Below, in pieces: positions 39,173 through 49,184 of a stretch of DNA of 64,000 bases (position 1 is the stretch's first letter; each line of letters begins with the position of its first letter). A program made the translations under genes and the position numbers. Source of the stretch: Myxococcota bacterium. Its GTDB lineage: Bacteria > Myxococcota_A > SURF-8. The notes below the pieces were generated by a model that made no database searches, had not been told where the DNA came from, and was given only the letters and a program-made list of their open reading frames with translations. The DNA lies in the NCBI GenBank assembly GCA_963674735.2, contig CAXXQS010000001.1:2464001-2528000 (forward strand). Direction: 5' to 3'.

Positions 39173-41290
39173 ATGGCAAGAGACAAAATCGCATTCATCC
39201 TGGGTGTACACTGCCACCAGCCAGTCGGCAATTTCGGCTGGGTGATTGAAGAGGCTTTCGAAAAAAGCTATCGACCTTTCATGGAAGCTTTGGTCGATTT
39301 TCCTTCCATCAAAACCGTTGCCCATTTCTCGGGCCCGCTACTGGAGTGGATCGAGATAAACCGCCCTACCTTTTTCGAAACGATACGCATGCTGGTAGAA
39401 CGCCGACAGGTGGAAATCATCGGCGGCGGTTTTTATGAACCCATTTTGATGACGATTCCCGAAGTCGATCGTCTCGAACAAATCGAGATGATGAACGTCT
39501 ATGCCGAAGAACATCTCGGAATGCGCCCGCAAGGTGTGTGGCTGACTGAACGAATCTGGGAACCGGCCTTACCTCGAACACTCAAAGCGGCGGGAGCGGT
39601 CTACAGCCTTACGGACGACAGCCATTTCGTACAGGCGGGTCTCGATCCCGAAAAAGTCAGGGGCTATTACTACACCGAAGATCAAGGCGACCGCACCGCA
39701 ATCTTCCCCATCGATCACCACTTACGCTACGCCGTCCCGTTTAAAGATCCCGAGGCCACCATCGCTTACCTTCGACAACGCTACGATGCGGGCGACCGCA
39801 GTTGCTGCACGTTGGTCGATGACGGCGAGAAATTCGGGATCTGGCCCGGCACCTTCCGCCTGCTGTATGAAGAAAAATGGCTGGAGCGCTTTTTCCAAGC
39901 AATCCAAGACGCTTCCGATTGGCTGGAAATGACCCTGCCAACCGACTACATGGCGGCGTGTCAGCCTGAAGGACTGGCCTACCTGCCCACGGCCAGCTAT
40001 TTCGAAATGGGGCAGTGGACCCTTTCTCCTGCGGGAAACCGGACCCTCGAAGACCTGAAGTACCGCCTTGAAGGCGAATTGGGCGATCGTACCGATGCCT
40101 TCTTGCGCGGGGGATTTTTCCGAAATTTCTTTATGCGCTACCCCGAAACCAACCACATGCACAAACGCATGCAGGAAATCAGCCTGAAAATCCATTTGTC
40201 GGGCTTGGAGGGCCGTCCGCGAGACGAAGCCAAACGGGAATTGTTCATGGCCCAATGTAATTGCGGCTATTGGCACGGTATCTTCGGCGGACTCTACCTG
40301 CCTCACCTGCGTGAAGCCATCTACGAACATCTGATCAAAGCCGAGCGCTTTGTGGAAGACGATCCCCCCAAAGTCGAACTTTACGATCTCGATTTCGACG
40401 GCTGGGAGGAAGCCCATCTTCGTACTACATCCCTGGCTGCCTATCTAGCTCCTCACGATGGTGGAACCGTAATTGAACTCGATCATATCGAATCGGCCAC
40501 CAACGTGGTCAACACCCTGGCCAGACGTCACGAAGTCTATCACGATCCAGCTGAAGACCACGGGAACGACGAAGGTAACAGCATCCACGATCAAGTGAAG
40601 GTTTTATCGGAAGAAAACCGCAAATTATTGGTGTACGATCCGGTGCGCCGTACTTGCTTCCGAGATGTTCTGCTCAATCAGTCGACCCTGCCAACCCCTG
40701 CCGATATACAAGGAAATCTGTTAATAGAAACAGGTGGATTGAGCACGCTGAGTTATGCAAGCGAACCGGAAGAACCCCAAGCAAACGCCGCCGCCTTGCG
40801 CCTGTGGGCCACAACGTCTCTGCCGGATGGACACAAGCTCGAAGTGGTAAAGCACGTGCAGCTTCTCAGCGAAAGCGAAACTTTGCAGACAACCTACACC
40901 TTCGATTTGCGCGAGGGTGGCTCGTTTGAGGGGCTTTTAGGGGTCCAGTTCAACTTGACGGCCCCTTCGGCTCTGGGTATCGAATCACCCTTTTCCATCA
41001 ACGATCAGGTTTTGGCGGGACATGGATTGATCGAGCCGGGCGAAGCGGAATCGGTCGACCGCTTTTCCTTGCGCGATCCGCACCGACAGCTCACCATGAC
41101 GCTTGAAAGCGACCGTAAATTCTCGGCGATCTGGCATCCGGTGCAAACCGTCTCTCAATCGGAATCCGGTTTCGACACCAATTACCAGGCATCCGCCATT
41201 TGGCTGTTCATTCCGCTGGCGCTTTCCAAAGGGACGCAAGAAGCACTGACGATTTCGCTGGGGTTGAAAAACGATCGGGAGACCGAATAG
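39173..41290 (+). CDS. GH57 4-alpha-glucanotransferase / alpha-amylase
   Basis: HCHQPVGN, WLTERIWEP, DDGEKFG, YWHGIFGGLYLPHLR and TVSQSESG. Alternative start at 39161. Confidence 0.93.
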   Translation: MARDKIAFILGVHCHQPVGNFGWVIEEAFEKSYRPFMEALVDFPSIKTVAHFSGPLLEWIEINRPTFFETIRMLVERRQVEIIGGGFYEPILMTIPEVDRLEQIEMMNVYAEEHLGMRPQGVWLTERIWEPALPRTLKAAGAVYSLTDDSHFVQAGLDPEKVRGYYYTEDQGDRTAIFPIDHHLRYAVPFKDPEATIAYLRQRYDAGDRSCCTLVDDGEKFGIWPGTFRLLYEEKWLERFFQAIQDASDWLEMTLPTDYMAACQPEGLAYLPTASYFEMGQWTLSPAGNRTLEDLKYRLEGELGDRTDAFLRGGFFRNFFMRYPETNHMHKRMQEISLKIHLSGLEGRPRDEAKRELFMAQCNCGYWHGIFGGLYLPHLREAIYEHLIKAERFVEDDPPKVELYDLDFDGWEEAHLRTTSLAAYLAPHDGGTVIELDHIESATNVVNTLARRHEVYHDPAEDHGNDEGNSIHDQVKVLSEENRKLLVYDPVRRTCFRDVLLNQSTLPTPADIQGNLLIETGGLSTLSYASEPEEPQANAAALRLWATTSLPDGHKLEVVKHVQLLSESETLQTTYTFDLREGGSFEGLLGVQFNLTAPSALGIESPFSINDQVLAGHGLIEPGEAESVDRFSLRDPHRQLTMTLESDRKFSAIWHPVQTVSQSESGFDTNYQASAIWLFIPLALSKGTQEALTISLGLKNDRETE

Positions 41291-41325
41291 TCCGGTTACC
41301 GGACCACGATTTTAAGGATAGAAAA

Positions 41326-42132
41326 ATGCTGCCTTTTAGTTACAATCACGACCGCTGCCTGATCTACCCGGTAGCCCCTCATCTGTTGTTCGGTTATTGG
41401 GACTTCAGCGAAGAGACCTGGAACCGTATCACGGCAAACGGATCTTCCTTGAAGCTGATCCTGCTGCGTGACGATGGCAATGTTCGCTGGTTCGAAACCG
41501 ACCCGCGCACCCGGGGCTTCTATTTTCGCGGTATCGATGCCAACACCACCTACCACCTGCAATTGGCTCTTTGGGAAGACGGTGCGGATCGGATGCTGAT
41601 GGAAAGTCCGGCAACCACCACACCGGCCGACCGGCCCAGCGAAGACCTGAGTGTCCAGTACGCCCAATTTCGCTTCCTCACCAAACCACCCCGCTACCTG
41701 CCGCCTTCCAGGCTGAAGGAGCTTGGTCTGATCGAGCAGTGGCAGGCACCTGCCGCAGGGGGATTCGGATTCGGTCGCGGTTATGATGCAAGTACAGACA
41801 AGGAAGACGCCGGGAGTTCCTCGGCTGCCGTCAACGCCAACGCCGGGTCGCTCCCCTTATCGCTGCCGCCCGGACGATACCAACGCCATCTGGAGAGCCG
41901 TTGGGTCAGCATGGAACAACGCGGATCGTCCGGCAATTTGAGTTCGTGGTCGGTAAAACGAGACGTGGAAGAATGGGAAGTCCTACCGGAAGCCCCTTCC
42001 TCTCATTTGCAAGCTCAGGCACCGGCCGGCGGGCTCAGTTCGCATGTTTTGAGTTCCGGGACAATCGACGCGGGCGGGGCCGGATCGGACCAACCCGATG
42101 GCGCCAGCAAGAAAGAAGACCATCATGGCTAA
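41326..42132 (+). CDS. DUF4912-domain protein
   Basis: LPFSYN...P..LFGYWDF...S....TP...PS and a Ser-Ser-rich tail; usual position just before a GH57 branching enzyme. Confidence 0.8.
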   Translation: MLPFSYNHDRCLIYPVAPHLLFGYWDFSEETWNRITANGSSLKLILLRDDGNVRWFETDPRTRGFYFRGIDANTTYHLQLALWEDGADRMLMESPATTTPADRPSEDLSVQYAQFRFLTKPPRYLPPSRLKELGLIEQWQAPAAGGFGFGRGYDASTDKEDAGSSSAAVNANAGSLPLSLPPGRYQRHLESRWVSMEQRGSSGNLSSWSVKRDVEEWEVLPEAPSSHLQAQAPAGGLSSHVLSSGTIDAGGAGSDQPDGASKKEDHHG

Positions 42133-43720
42133 AGGCTATTTATCGCTCGTTTTACACGCTCACTTGCCTTTCGTACGGCACCCCGAACACCAGGATCACC
42201 TGGAAGAGCGCTGGCTGTTTGAAGCCATCACCGAAACATACATGCCGCTGCTGCACGTTTATCTCGGGCTTCTGCACGACCAGGTGCCTTTCAAGATCAC
42301 TATGTCGATCTCGCCCCCTTTGGCCAACATGCTGGCCGATGATTTACTCAAGGAGCGCTATCTGCGCCACCTCGACAACTTGATCGATCTGGCGAAAAAA
42401 GAAATTGCCCGGACGAAAAAAGAAGCCTCCGAATTCAGCGATCTGGCCGAAATGTACCTCCATATTTTCTCCGATACGCGAAAAACCTTCGTCGATCGTT
42501 TGGATATGGATATTCTTGGCGGGTTCAAGCAGGTGCTCGATAGCGGCAATCTCGAAATCATCACCTGTGGTGCCACCCATGGTTTTCTTCCGCTCATGCA
42601 ACATCACCCCGAGGCCATCCGCGGGCAGATCCTGACCGCCGCCGACGATTACGAACGGCATTTCGGCCAGGCCCCCAAAGGTATCTGGCTGCCGGAATGC
42701 GGCTACTTCCCGGGCCTGGATTACTATCTGGCCGAGGCGGGAATCAGTTACTTTTTGACCGACAGCCACGGCATCGACTACGCCCAACCGCGCCCCCTTC
42801 ACTCGGTGTACGCTCCCTTACAATGTCCGTCGGGTGTGGCGGCCTTCGGGCGAGATCTGGAATCGTCCAAGCAGGTGTGGAGTTCCGAGGAGGGCTACCC
42901 CGGCGATTTCGAATACCGCGAGTTCTACCGCGACGTCGGATTCGATTTGCCTTACGATTACATCAAGGACCACATCCACCCCGATGGGATCCGTCTCAAC
43001 ACCGGCGTCAAATACTTCCGCATCACCGGCAACGGCGAACTGGGTGCACGGGCCGTCTACAACCGACCCGCCGCCCTGGAGAAAGCCGCCTCTCATGCCA
43101 GCAACTTCATGTTCAATCGCGAACGCCAGATTGAGTGGCTGGCCGGTCAGATCGACAAACCTCCAATCATCGTCGCGCCTTACGACGCCGAGCTATTCGG
43201 CCACTGGTGGTTCGAGGGACCCGAATTCATCAACTATTTGATGCGAAAAGTCGGTTTCGACCAGAACGTCTTCGAGTTGACGACTCCCCGACATTATCTG
43301 GAAAACGAACCTATTCTTCAAGTCGCAACACCGGCGGGTTCGAGTTGGGGCGACAAAGGCTATTACGAAGTTTGGCTCAACGGTTCCAACGACTGGATTT
43401 ATCTGCATCTGCATGAGGCCGCCGAACGCATGAGTGAACTGGTCCGCCATCCGCGCCGTGGCGAGGAACAGATAGAGCGCGCGGTCAAACAGGCATTGCG
43501 GGAACTGCTTCTCGCACAAAGTAGCGATTGGGCGTTTATCATGACCACCGCCACATCGGTTGGCTATGCCAACCAACGCACCGACATGCACATGGAACGA
43601 TTTAACGAGTTGTATTCGCAAGTAATACAAGGTACCATCAACGAAGAATTCCTGGCCGACATCGAAGCGAAAGACAACATCTTCCCCACGATCGATCCGG
43701 ACGTGTACCGTCCGCGCTAG
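42125..43720 (+). CDS. GH57 1,4-alpha-glucan branching enzyme
   Basis: HAHLPFVRH, WLFEAITETY, WLPEC, YDAELFGHWWFEG and LLAQSSDW. Confidence 0.95.
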   Translation: MAKGYLSLVLHAHLPFVRHPEHQDHLEERWLFEAITETYMPLLHVYLGLLHDQVPFKITMSISPPLANMLADDLLKERYLRHLDNLIDLAKKEIARTKKEASEFSDLAEMYLHIFSDTRKTFVDRLDMDILGGFKQVLDSGNLEIITCGATHGFLPLMQHHPEAIRGQILTAADDYERHFGQAPKGIWLPECGYFPGLDYYLAEAGISYFLTDSHGIDYAQPRPLHSVYAPLQCPSGVAAFGRDLESSKQVWSSEEGYPGDFEYREFYRDVGFDLPYDYIKDHIHPDGIRLNTGVKYFRITGNGELGARAVYNRPAALEKAASHASNFMFNRERQIEWLAGQIDKPPIIVAPYDAELFGHWWFEGPEFINYLMRKVGFDQNVFELTTPRHYLENEPILQVATPAGSSWGDKGYYEVWLNGSNDWIYLHLHEAAERMSELVRHPRRGEEQIERAVKQALRELLLAQSSDWAFIMTTATSVGYANQRTDMHMERFNELYSQVIQGTINEEFLADIEAKDNIFPTIDPDVYRPR

Positions 43721-43733
43721 AGAGGAAGTCAGT

Positions 43734-45227
43734 ATGGCCGAACGGAAACTCAGAGTGTTATATGCAGCCGCCGAGGTCGCCCCCTTTTCCAAGGTGGGCG
43801 GTTTAGCCGACGTGGCCGGAGCGCTTCCACGCGCCTTGATCGCTGAAAAAGTCGATATCCGGTTGATCACGCCCCTTTATGGAATGATCGACCGTTCCGC
43901 CTGGCGTATACGCCGAGTGGCCGGATTGGGCGATCTTCATATTCCCATCGGTGAGCACGATTATGCGATCCGCTTCTTTCGCGGAAACCTACCGGACTCG
44001 AAAGTGCAAGTCTTTTTCATGGAATGCGATGACCTCTTCGCCGGAGAAGGTGTTTACGCCGATCCCGCCAGTGGACATGATTACCCCGATAACCCGGCAC
44101 GTTTCATCCTGTTCTCGAAGGCCATTCTCTCATTTCTCCAGACAGGTGTATTCGACGCAGACATCTTGCATCTAAACGATAACCAGACCGCTTTGGCGGC
44201 AGCGATGATGAAAACATCCGAGGCCTATGCCGACGCACGCAAGCTACCGACTTTACTAACGATTCATAACATCCAGTATCAGGGAAACTATAGTCTGCAC
44301 CATCTGTACGACGCGGGGCTGAGTCCTTATCTGGCGGCTCCCGGCGGACCTTTCGAGTTTTACGGCGGCTTCAATTTCCTGAAAGCCGGAATCGAATACG
44401 CCGATAAAATCAATACCGTATCGGACACCTATGCCCGCGAAACGCTCCAATTTGATGAAATCAGTTTCGGTTTACAGGGTGTGCTGAATAATCGAAAAAA
44501 CGATTACTTCGGCATCCTAAACGGCGCAGATTACAACGACTGGAATCCGGCTAAAGACAAGCATCTGGTCAAAACATACAGCTCCCGCAATCTGAGCGGC
44601 AAAACGGTCAACAAGCAAGATCTGATCGAACTCTGCGATTTTAACGATCCAGCCGCCGCACGTCCCTTGGCTGGAATCATTACACGCCTGGTCCAACAAA
44701 AAGGGCTGGACTTGCTCCTTGAAGCGCTACCCAGGCTCATGGAACAAACGGACATCAACTTGGTTATACTTGGGTCGGGCGCCCCTCATTACGCTGAGGC
44801 ACTGCGTGCGGCGGAGGCATACTTCCCAGGACGCTTGAAAGTATTTCTGAAATTCGACAACACTTTGGCGCACCGCATTGAGGCGGGGAGCGACCTCTAC
44901 CTCATGCCATCCGTTTTCGAACCCTGCGGACTTAACCAATTATACTCGCTAAAATACGGAGCGCTGCCGGTCGTGCACTATACGGGCGGATTGGCGGACA
45001 CGGTCCAGGAAGTGGACCCAGCCACCGGCAAAGGCTGGGGCTTCACGTTTACCGAGTATTCCGTCAACGGTTTTATGGACGCAATATTACGCGCCGTTGA
45101 GGCTTACGGCGATCGAGACACTTGGGCGAAACTGGTTAAACGCGCCATGCTGCTTGATTTCTCATGGGCTGCCAGTGCCAAACGGTATAAGGAGGTCTAC
45201 AAAAGTCTGGTCGATGGACAATCTTGA
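43734..45227 (+). CDS. glgA: Glycogen synthase
   Basis: KVGGLADV, TIHN, GILNG and FEPCGLNQ. Confidence 0.96.
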   Translation: MAERKLRVLYAAAEVAPFSKVGGLADVAGALPRALIAEKVDIRLITPLYGMIDRSAWRIRRVAGLGDLHIPIGEHDYAIRFFRGNLPDSKVQVFFMECDDLFAGEGVYADPASGHDYPDNPARFILFSKAILSFLQTGVFDADILHLNDNQTALAAAMMKTSEAYADARKLPTLLTIHNIQYQGNYSLHHLYDAGLSPYLAAPGGPFEFYGGFNFLKAGIEYADKINTVSDTYARETLQFDEISFGLQGVLNNRKNDYFGILNGADYNDWNPAKDKHLVKTYSSRNLSGKTVNKQDLIELCDFNDPAAARPLAGIITRLVQQKGLDLLLEALPRLMEQTDINLVILGSGAPHYAEALRAAEAYFPGRLKVFLKFDNTLAHRIEAGSDLYLMPSVFEPCGLNQLYSLKYGALPVVHYTGGLADTVQEVDPATGKGWGFTFTEYSVNGFMDAILRAVEAYGDRDTWAKLVKRAMLLDFSWAASAKRYKEVYKSLVDGQS

Positions 45228-47436
45228 ACCTATCCAACACCCGTTGAAACAGTGGGTTATCGGCATCTTGGACTTTCTGGGGCCCCTGTTTCACAAATCG
45301 GAAATGGGCGTTATGCTCATCGACCGCAATGCGTATGTCCATTGGTCCGACCAAGGTCTGTCGGAGTTGGGAATATGCCATCATATAGAGGAAGATCCCA
45401 AAGCAAAACCGTTCTATGCCTTCGACCATGATGACTGCATAACCTGCCCACTAGCCGAGGCTTGCCGGAATCCGATTGAAAGCCATGCCTTTTCTGCACT
45501 GGCCTCCACCGAGAACACCAAGGAAAAACGTAGTTTTTCCATGTACAGCCATCCGGTAGTCGACGAAAATAACGAAGCGTTGTATTACATTCTCTTTGTA
45601 AACGAAGTCACCGACCGCGAGCAGGCATTCCGAGAGAAACAGCAGCTTCACCTCATGCTTTCCAACGTGTTGGACAACACCGCCGATGCCGTTATCACCC
45701 TCGACATGAAGCAAGCCATTCATTCCTGGAACAATGGAGCCTGGACGGCATTTGGATATACACGTGAGGAAGTGCGCGGCGAACACATCGGTTTACTCAT
45801 TCCGGACAATCCCGAATCCCAGCAGGCCTTCGTCGAAATTCAGCAACTCCTCGAAGACCAAGGCTTTGTTCGTAACTCGCGCACACGCATGCGCACCAAA
45901 GAAGGCCGTACAATCGATGTCGCCGTCACGCAGACCGTCATGCACGATCTGGGTGACGAACCGTTCGGTTATTCGTTAATCATTCGCGATATCTCAACGG
46001 TCGTTGAGCTGGAAACCAATTTGCAGGCCAAAGTCGACCATCTTCAAAAACAGTTACAGCTCGACAATATCATTCGCAGCGCGCACACCCTCGACGAAGT
46101 CAGCACGACGATTCTCGTTGCCGTTACGGCCGGAGAAGGCCTGCGGTTCAATCGGGCGTTTTTATTGATCGTGGATCAGGATCACCAACGTTTGATCGGA
46201 ATGCAAGCCGTAGGACCATCCAGCCCGGAGGAAGCCCACGAAATCTATCAACAGCATTATTTAGAGCACCCGACGCTGGCCGAAATCCTGCAGGACCGTC
46301 TCAAGTATCAAAATAAGTCCGACCAACTCGTCAATGAACAAGTGCGCAAAGTGGACATCCCGCTTTCCGACACCGAACATCCATTCGTAAGATGCTTGCT
46401 CGAAAACCAGCCCTATTTGTTTATGAGCGGAAACCCCGATGAAGCGCGCCTGCACGAACTTTTGGAAATCATTCCGTCCGTTCAATTCGTCTGTGCCCCC
46501 ATGATCTGGCAGGACCGCCCTATCGGAATCATCATGGCGGATAATCCGGTTACGCGCCAAGACATCAACATGAACGAGATCGAGTTTTTAAGCAGCTTTG
46601 CCAATCGCGCCGCATCCGCCATTTCAAACATCCAGTTACAGGAAAACCTCCAGGCCAAGTTGGAGGAACTAAGAAACGCTTACCAGCAACTCTCGGACAT
46701 GCAAAAAATGACCTTGCATCAGGAAAAGCTGGCGGCGTTGGGCGAAATGGCATCGACCGTTGCCCATGAAATCCGAAACCCGCTGGTATCGATTGGCGGG
46801 TTTGCACGGTTGATCGCCAAAGGAAAGTTATCCAAGGAGAACAAACGTTATCTGGATATCGTCACGGCGGAAACCAGCCGCATGGAGCGCATTCTTGAGG
46901 AAGTACTCGGCTACGTTCGCAGACCCGATCACGAAACCCAACTCCACGATGTCAATGGACTGTTGTCGGAATACCTCACGTTGGTCCGGCGGCAGGTGGC
47001 GAACAGCGATCTCGTCGTGACTTTCGACGCCGATCCGGCATGTCCCATGATCGAATGCAACGATTACCAACTCAAGCAAGCCTTTATCAATATCATCCAA
47101 AATGGGCTCGATGCACTCGGTCGCCGAGGACAACTCGGTATTACCACCCACTACAACCAACACATAGACGAAGTGGTGATACGTATCTCCGATACGGGTA
47201 TCGGCATCAGTGAAGAAACAAAAGCCAATCTATTCAAGCCGTTCTTTACGACCAAATCACGCGGGACCGGTCTCGGCCTCAGCGTGACAAAGCAAATTAT
47301 CACGAATCACAACGGTTCGATCAATGTTCACAGCATCGAGGGAGAAGGGTCAACATTCGAAATCCGTCTCCCCACCAGCCGGAAAAAGGAGGCATCCCAT
47401 GACGGCAACAACGAAGAAGAAGCTGCTCATCGTTGA
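45214..47436 (+). CDS. Cytoplasmic PAS-PAS-GAF histidine kinase
   Basis: No TM segments; PAS (WNNGA..FGY..EEV.G); GAF (NRAFL...PIGIIMADN); AHEIRNPL, FFTTK and GTGLGL. ATG 45214 overlaps glgA. Confidence 0.92.
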   Translation: MDNLEPIQHPLKQWVIGILDFLGPLFHKSEMGVMLIDRNAYVHWSDQGLSELGICHHIEEDPKAKPFYAFDHDDCITCPLAEACRNPIESHAFSALASTENTKEKRSFSMYSHPVVDENNEALYYILFVNEVTDREQAFREKQQLHLMLSNVLDNTADAVITLDMKQAIHSWNNGAWTAFGYTREEVRGEHIGLLIPDNPESQQAFVEIQQLLEDQGFVRNSRTRMRTKEGRTIDVAVTQTVMHDLGDEPFGYSLIIRDISTVVELETNLQAKVDHLQKQLQLDNIIRSAHTLDEVSTTILVAVTAGEGLRFNRAFLLIVDQDHQRLIGMQAVGPSSPEEAHEIYQQHYLEHPTLAEILQDRLKYQNKSDQLVNEQVRKVDIPLSDTEHPFVRCLLENQPYLFMSGNPDEARLHELLEIIPSVQFVCAPMIWQDRPIGIIMADNPVTRQDINMNEIEFLSSFANRAASAISNIQLQENLQAKLEELRNAYQQLSDMQKMTLHQEKLAALGEMASTVAHEIRNPLVSIGGFARLIAKGKLSKENKRYLDIVTAETSRMERILEEVLGYVRRPDHETQLHDVNGLLSEYLTLVRRQVANSDLVVTFDADPACPMIECNDYQLKQAFINIIQNGLDALGRRGQLGITTHYNQHIDEVVIRISDTGIGISEETKANLFKPFFTTKSRGTGLGLSVTKQIITNHNGSINVHSIEGEGSTFEIRLPTSRKKEASHDGNNEEEAAHR

Positions 47437-47776
47437 CGATGAGTCCCATATTCGTGAACTCTACAAAGCCGAATTCGACATGGAAGGATACGAGGTCGTT
47501 CTGGCCTCCAGCGGTCCGGAAGCACTCTCCATGATTGAAAATTCCAAACCCGATCTGGTGGTGTTGGATATTCGTATGCCCGGCATGGACGGAATCGAAG
47601 CCATGGGTGAAATACTGGGTCGCGACAACGAACTGCCGGTTATTATCAACAGCGCCTATAGCCACTACAAAGAGAACTTTATGAGTTGGTCGGCCGACGC
47701 CTATATCGTAAAATCGGCTGATTTGACCGAACTGAAGGCAAAGGTGGCTGAACTGCTGAATCGCGGGATCGAATAA
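47399..47776 (+). CDS. Single-domain response regulator (receiver only)
   Basis: IVDDE, LDIRMP and VKS; 125 aa with no output domain; AGGAGG RBS inside the kinase 3' end. Confidence 0.92.
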   Translation: MTATTKKKLLIVDDESHIRELYKAEFDMEGYEVVLASSGPEALSMIENSKPDLVVLDIRMPGMDGIEAMGEILGRDNELPVIINSAYSHYKENFMSWSADAYIVKSADLTELKAKVAELLNRGIE

Positions 47777-47816
47777 ACCAGACCATTCGGCACATCAGGA
47801 CGTAAGGAAATTTCAC

Positions 47817-49049
47817 ATGCAAGGTTATTGGTCCGGCATTTATCGAAATACACTGACAATGATTTTAGCGGGTGGCCGAGGTGAACGCCTTTACCCACTG
47901 ACCCAACCGCGTTCAAAGCCTTCAGTCCCTTTTGGCGGCATGTATCGTATCATCGACTTCACGCTCAGCAATGCCATCAATTCGGGCTTCCGACGTATTT
48001 ATCTGCTTACTCAGTATAAGAGCCAATCACTGGATGAACACGTACGTAAAGGCTGGAATATCCTTGCACCGGAACTGGGCGAGTTCATCTATGCCGTCCC
48101 CCCCCAACAACGCTATCGCGATCGCTGGTACTCGGGTACGGCCGACGCAATCTTTCAGAACCTCAACTTGCTCGACAAGCACAAACCCAATAACGTTCTG
48201 ATCCTCTCGGGTGACCACATTTACCGGATGGATTACTCCAAGCTGGTCGCGTTTCATCTCGAAAAAGATGCAGACGTAACGGTTTCCACCATCCCGGTTG
48301 CGATCGCCGATGCCGGTCGTTTCGGTGTCTGTCAGACAAACAAAGACGACCGAATCCAATCTTTTCAGGAAAAGGTGGCCGATCCCGCCCAGATCCCGGA
48401 CCGTCCCGGTTATTGCCTGGGAAGCATGGGCGTCTACATTTTCAAAACGGAGCCGCTCGCCCGTATGGTTGCGCAGGATGCCAAGCGTAACACCTCACAC
48501 GACTTCGGAAAAAACATCATCCCCGATATGATCGATCGCTATAAGGTCTATGCTTATACGTTCAAAGATGAGTTTAAAGACGGACCGGATGCCTACTGGC
48601 GCGACATCGGAACGCTCGACAGCTATTTCGAAGCGTCGCTGAATTTGGTTTCCGTCGATCCCGAATTCAATCTATACGAAAATGCCTGGCCCGTCCGCAC
48701 CTACTTCGATCTGCACCCACCCGCCAAAACCGTCTGGCGCGGCGAAGCCCGACGCGGTCAGATTATCGAGTCGATGGTTTGCAATGGAACCATTGTTTCG
48801 GGTGGCACCGTGGTCCGCTCGATCCTCAGCCCTGGCGTACGCATCAACAGCTTCTCCCACACTGACGAATGCATCCTGTTCAACAACGTCGACGTCGGCC
48901 GCTATTGCCGTCTAAGACGCGTCATTGTGGATAAAGATGTGAAAATTCCAGAGGGTACGGTCATTGGCTATGATTCGGTAAGTGACCGTAAACGCTTTGT
49001 CACAACACCAAACGGTGTCAGCGTCATCCCCAAAGGTTACGTTTTCTAA
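47817..49049 (+). CDS. glgC: Glucose-1-phosphate adenylyltransferase
   Basis: LAGGRGERL.PLT..RSKPSVPFGG, GTADA, SGDHIYRMDY, DFGK and YWRDIGT. Confidence 0.97.
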   Translation: MQGYWSGIYRNTLTMILAGGRGERLYPLTQPRSKPSVPFGGMYRIIDFTLSNAINSGFRRIYLLTQYKSQSLDEHVRKGWNILAPELGEFIYAVPPQQRYRDRWYSGTADAIFQNLNLLDKHKPNNVLILSGDHIYRMDYSKLVAFHLEKDADVTVSTIPVAIADAGRFGVCQTNKDDRIQSFQEKVADPAQIPDRPGYCLGSMGVYIFKTEPLARMVAQDAKRNTSHDFGKNIIPDMIDRYKVYAYTFKDEFKDGPDAYWRDIGTLDSYFEASLNLVSVDPEFNLYENAWPVRTYFDLHPPAKTVWRGEARRGQIIESMVCNGTIVSGGTVVRSILSPGVRINSFSHTDECILFNNVDVGRYCRLRRVIVDKDVKIPEGTVIGYDSVSDRKRFVTTPNGVSVIPKGYVF

Positions 49050-49070
49050 AGTACCCTATCCAAGATTTTC

Positions 49071-49092
49071 AGGGGCTTCGGCCCCTTGTTTT
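49071..49092 (+). terminator. Intrinsic terminator of the glycogen cluster
   Basis: aggggc-ttcg-gcccct-tgtttt. Confidence 0.8.
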
Positions 49093-49122
49093 AGTTCCAC
49101 CATCCGCTTAACCGGCTTTTCT

Positions 49123-49151
49123 TTGACTTCGTTGGGCGTTTTTGCTAGAAT
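49123..49151 (+). promoter_or_regulatory. Sigma70-type promoter TTGACT-N17-TAGAAT
   Basis: Near-consensus boxes with 17-bp spacer. Confidence 0.6.
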
Positions 49152-49184
49152 TTTCGCCTTGTTGGAAGCAAGAGAGGCTCATAC

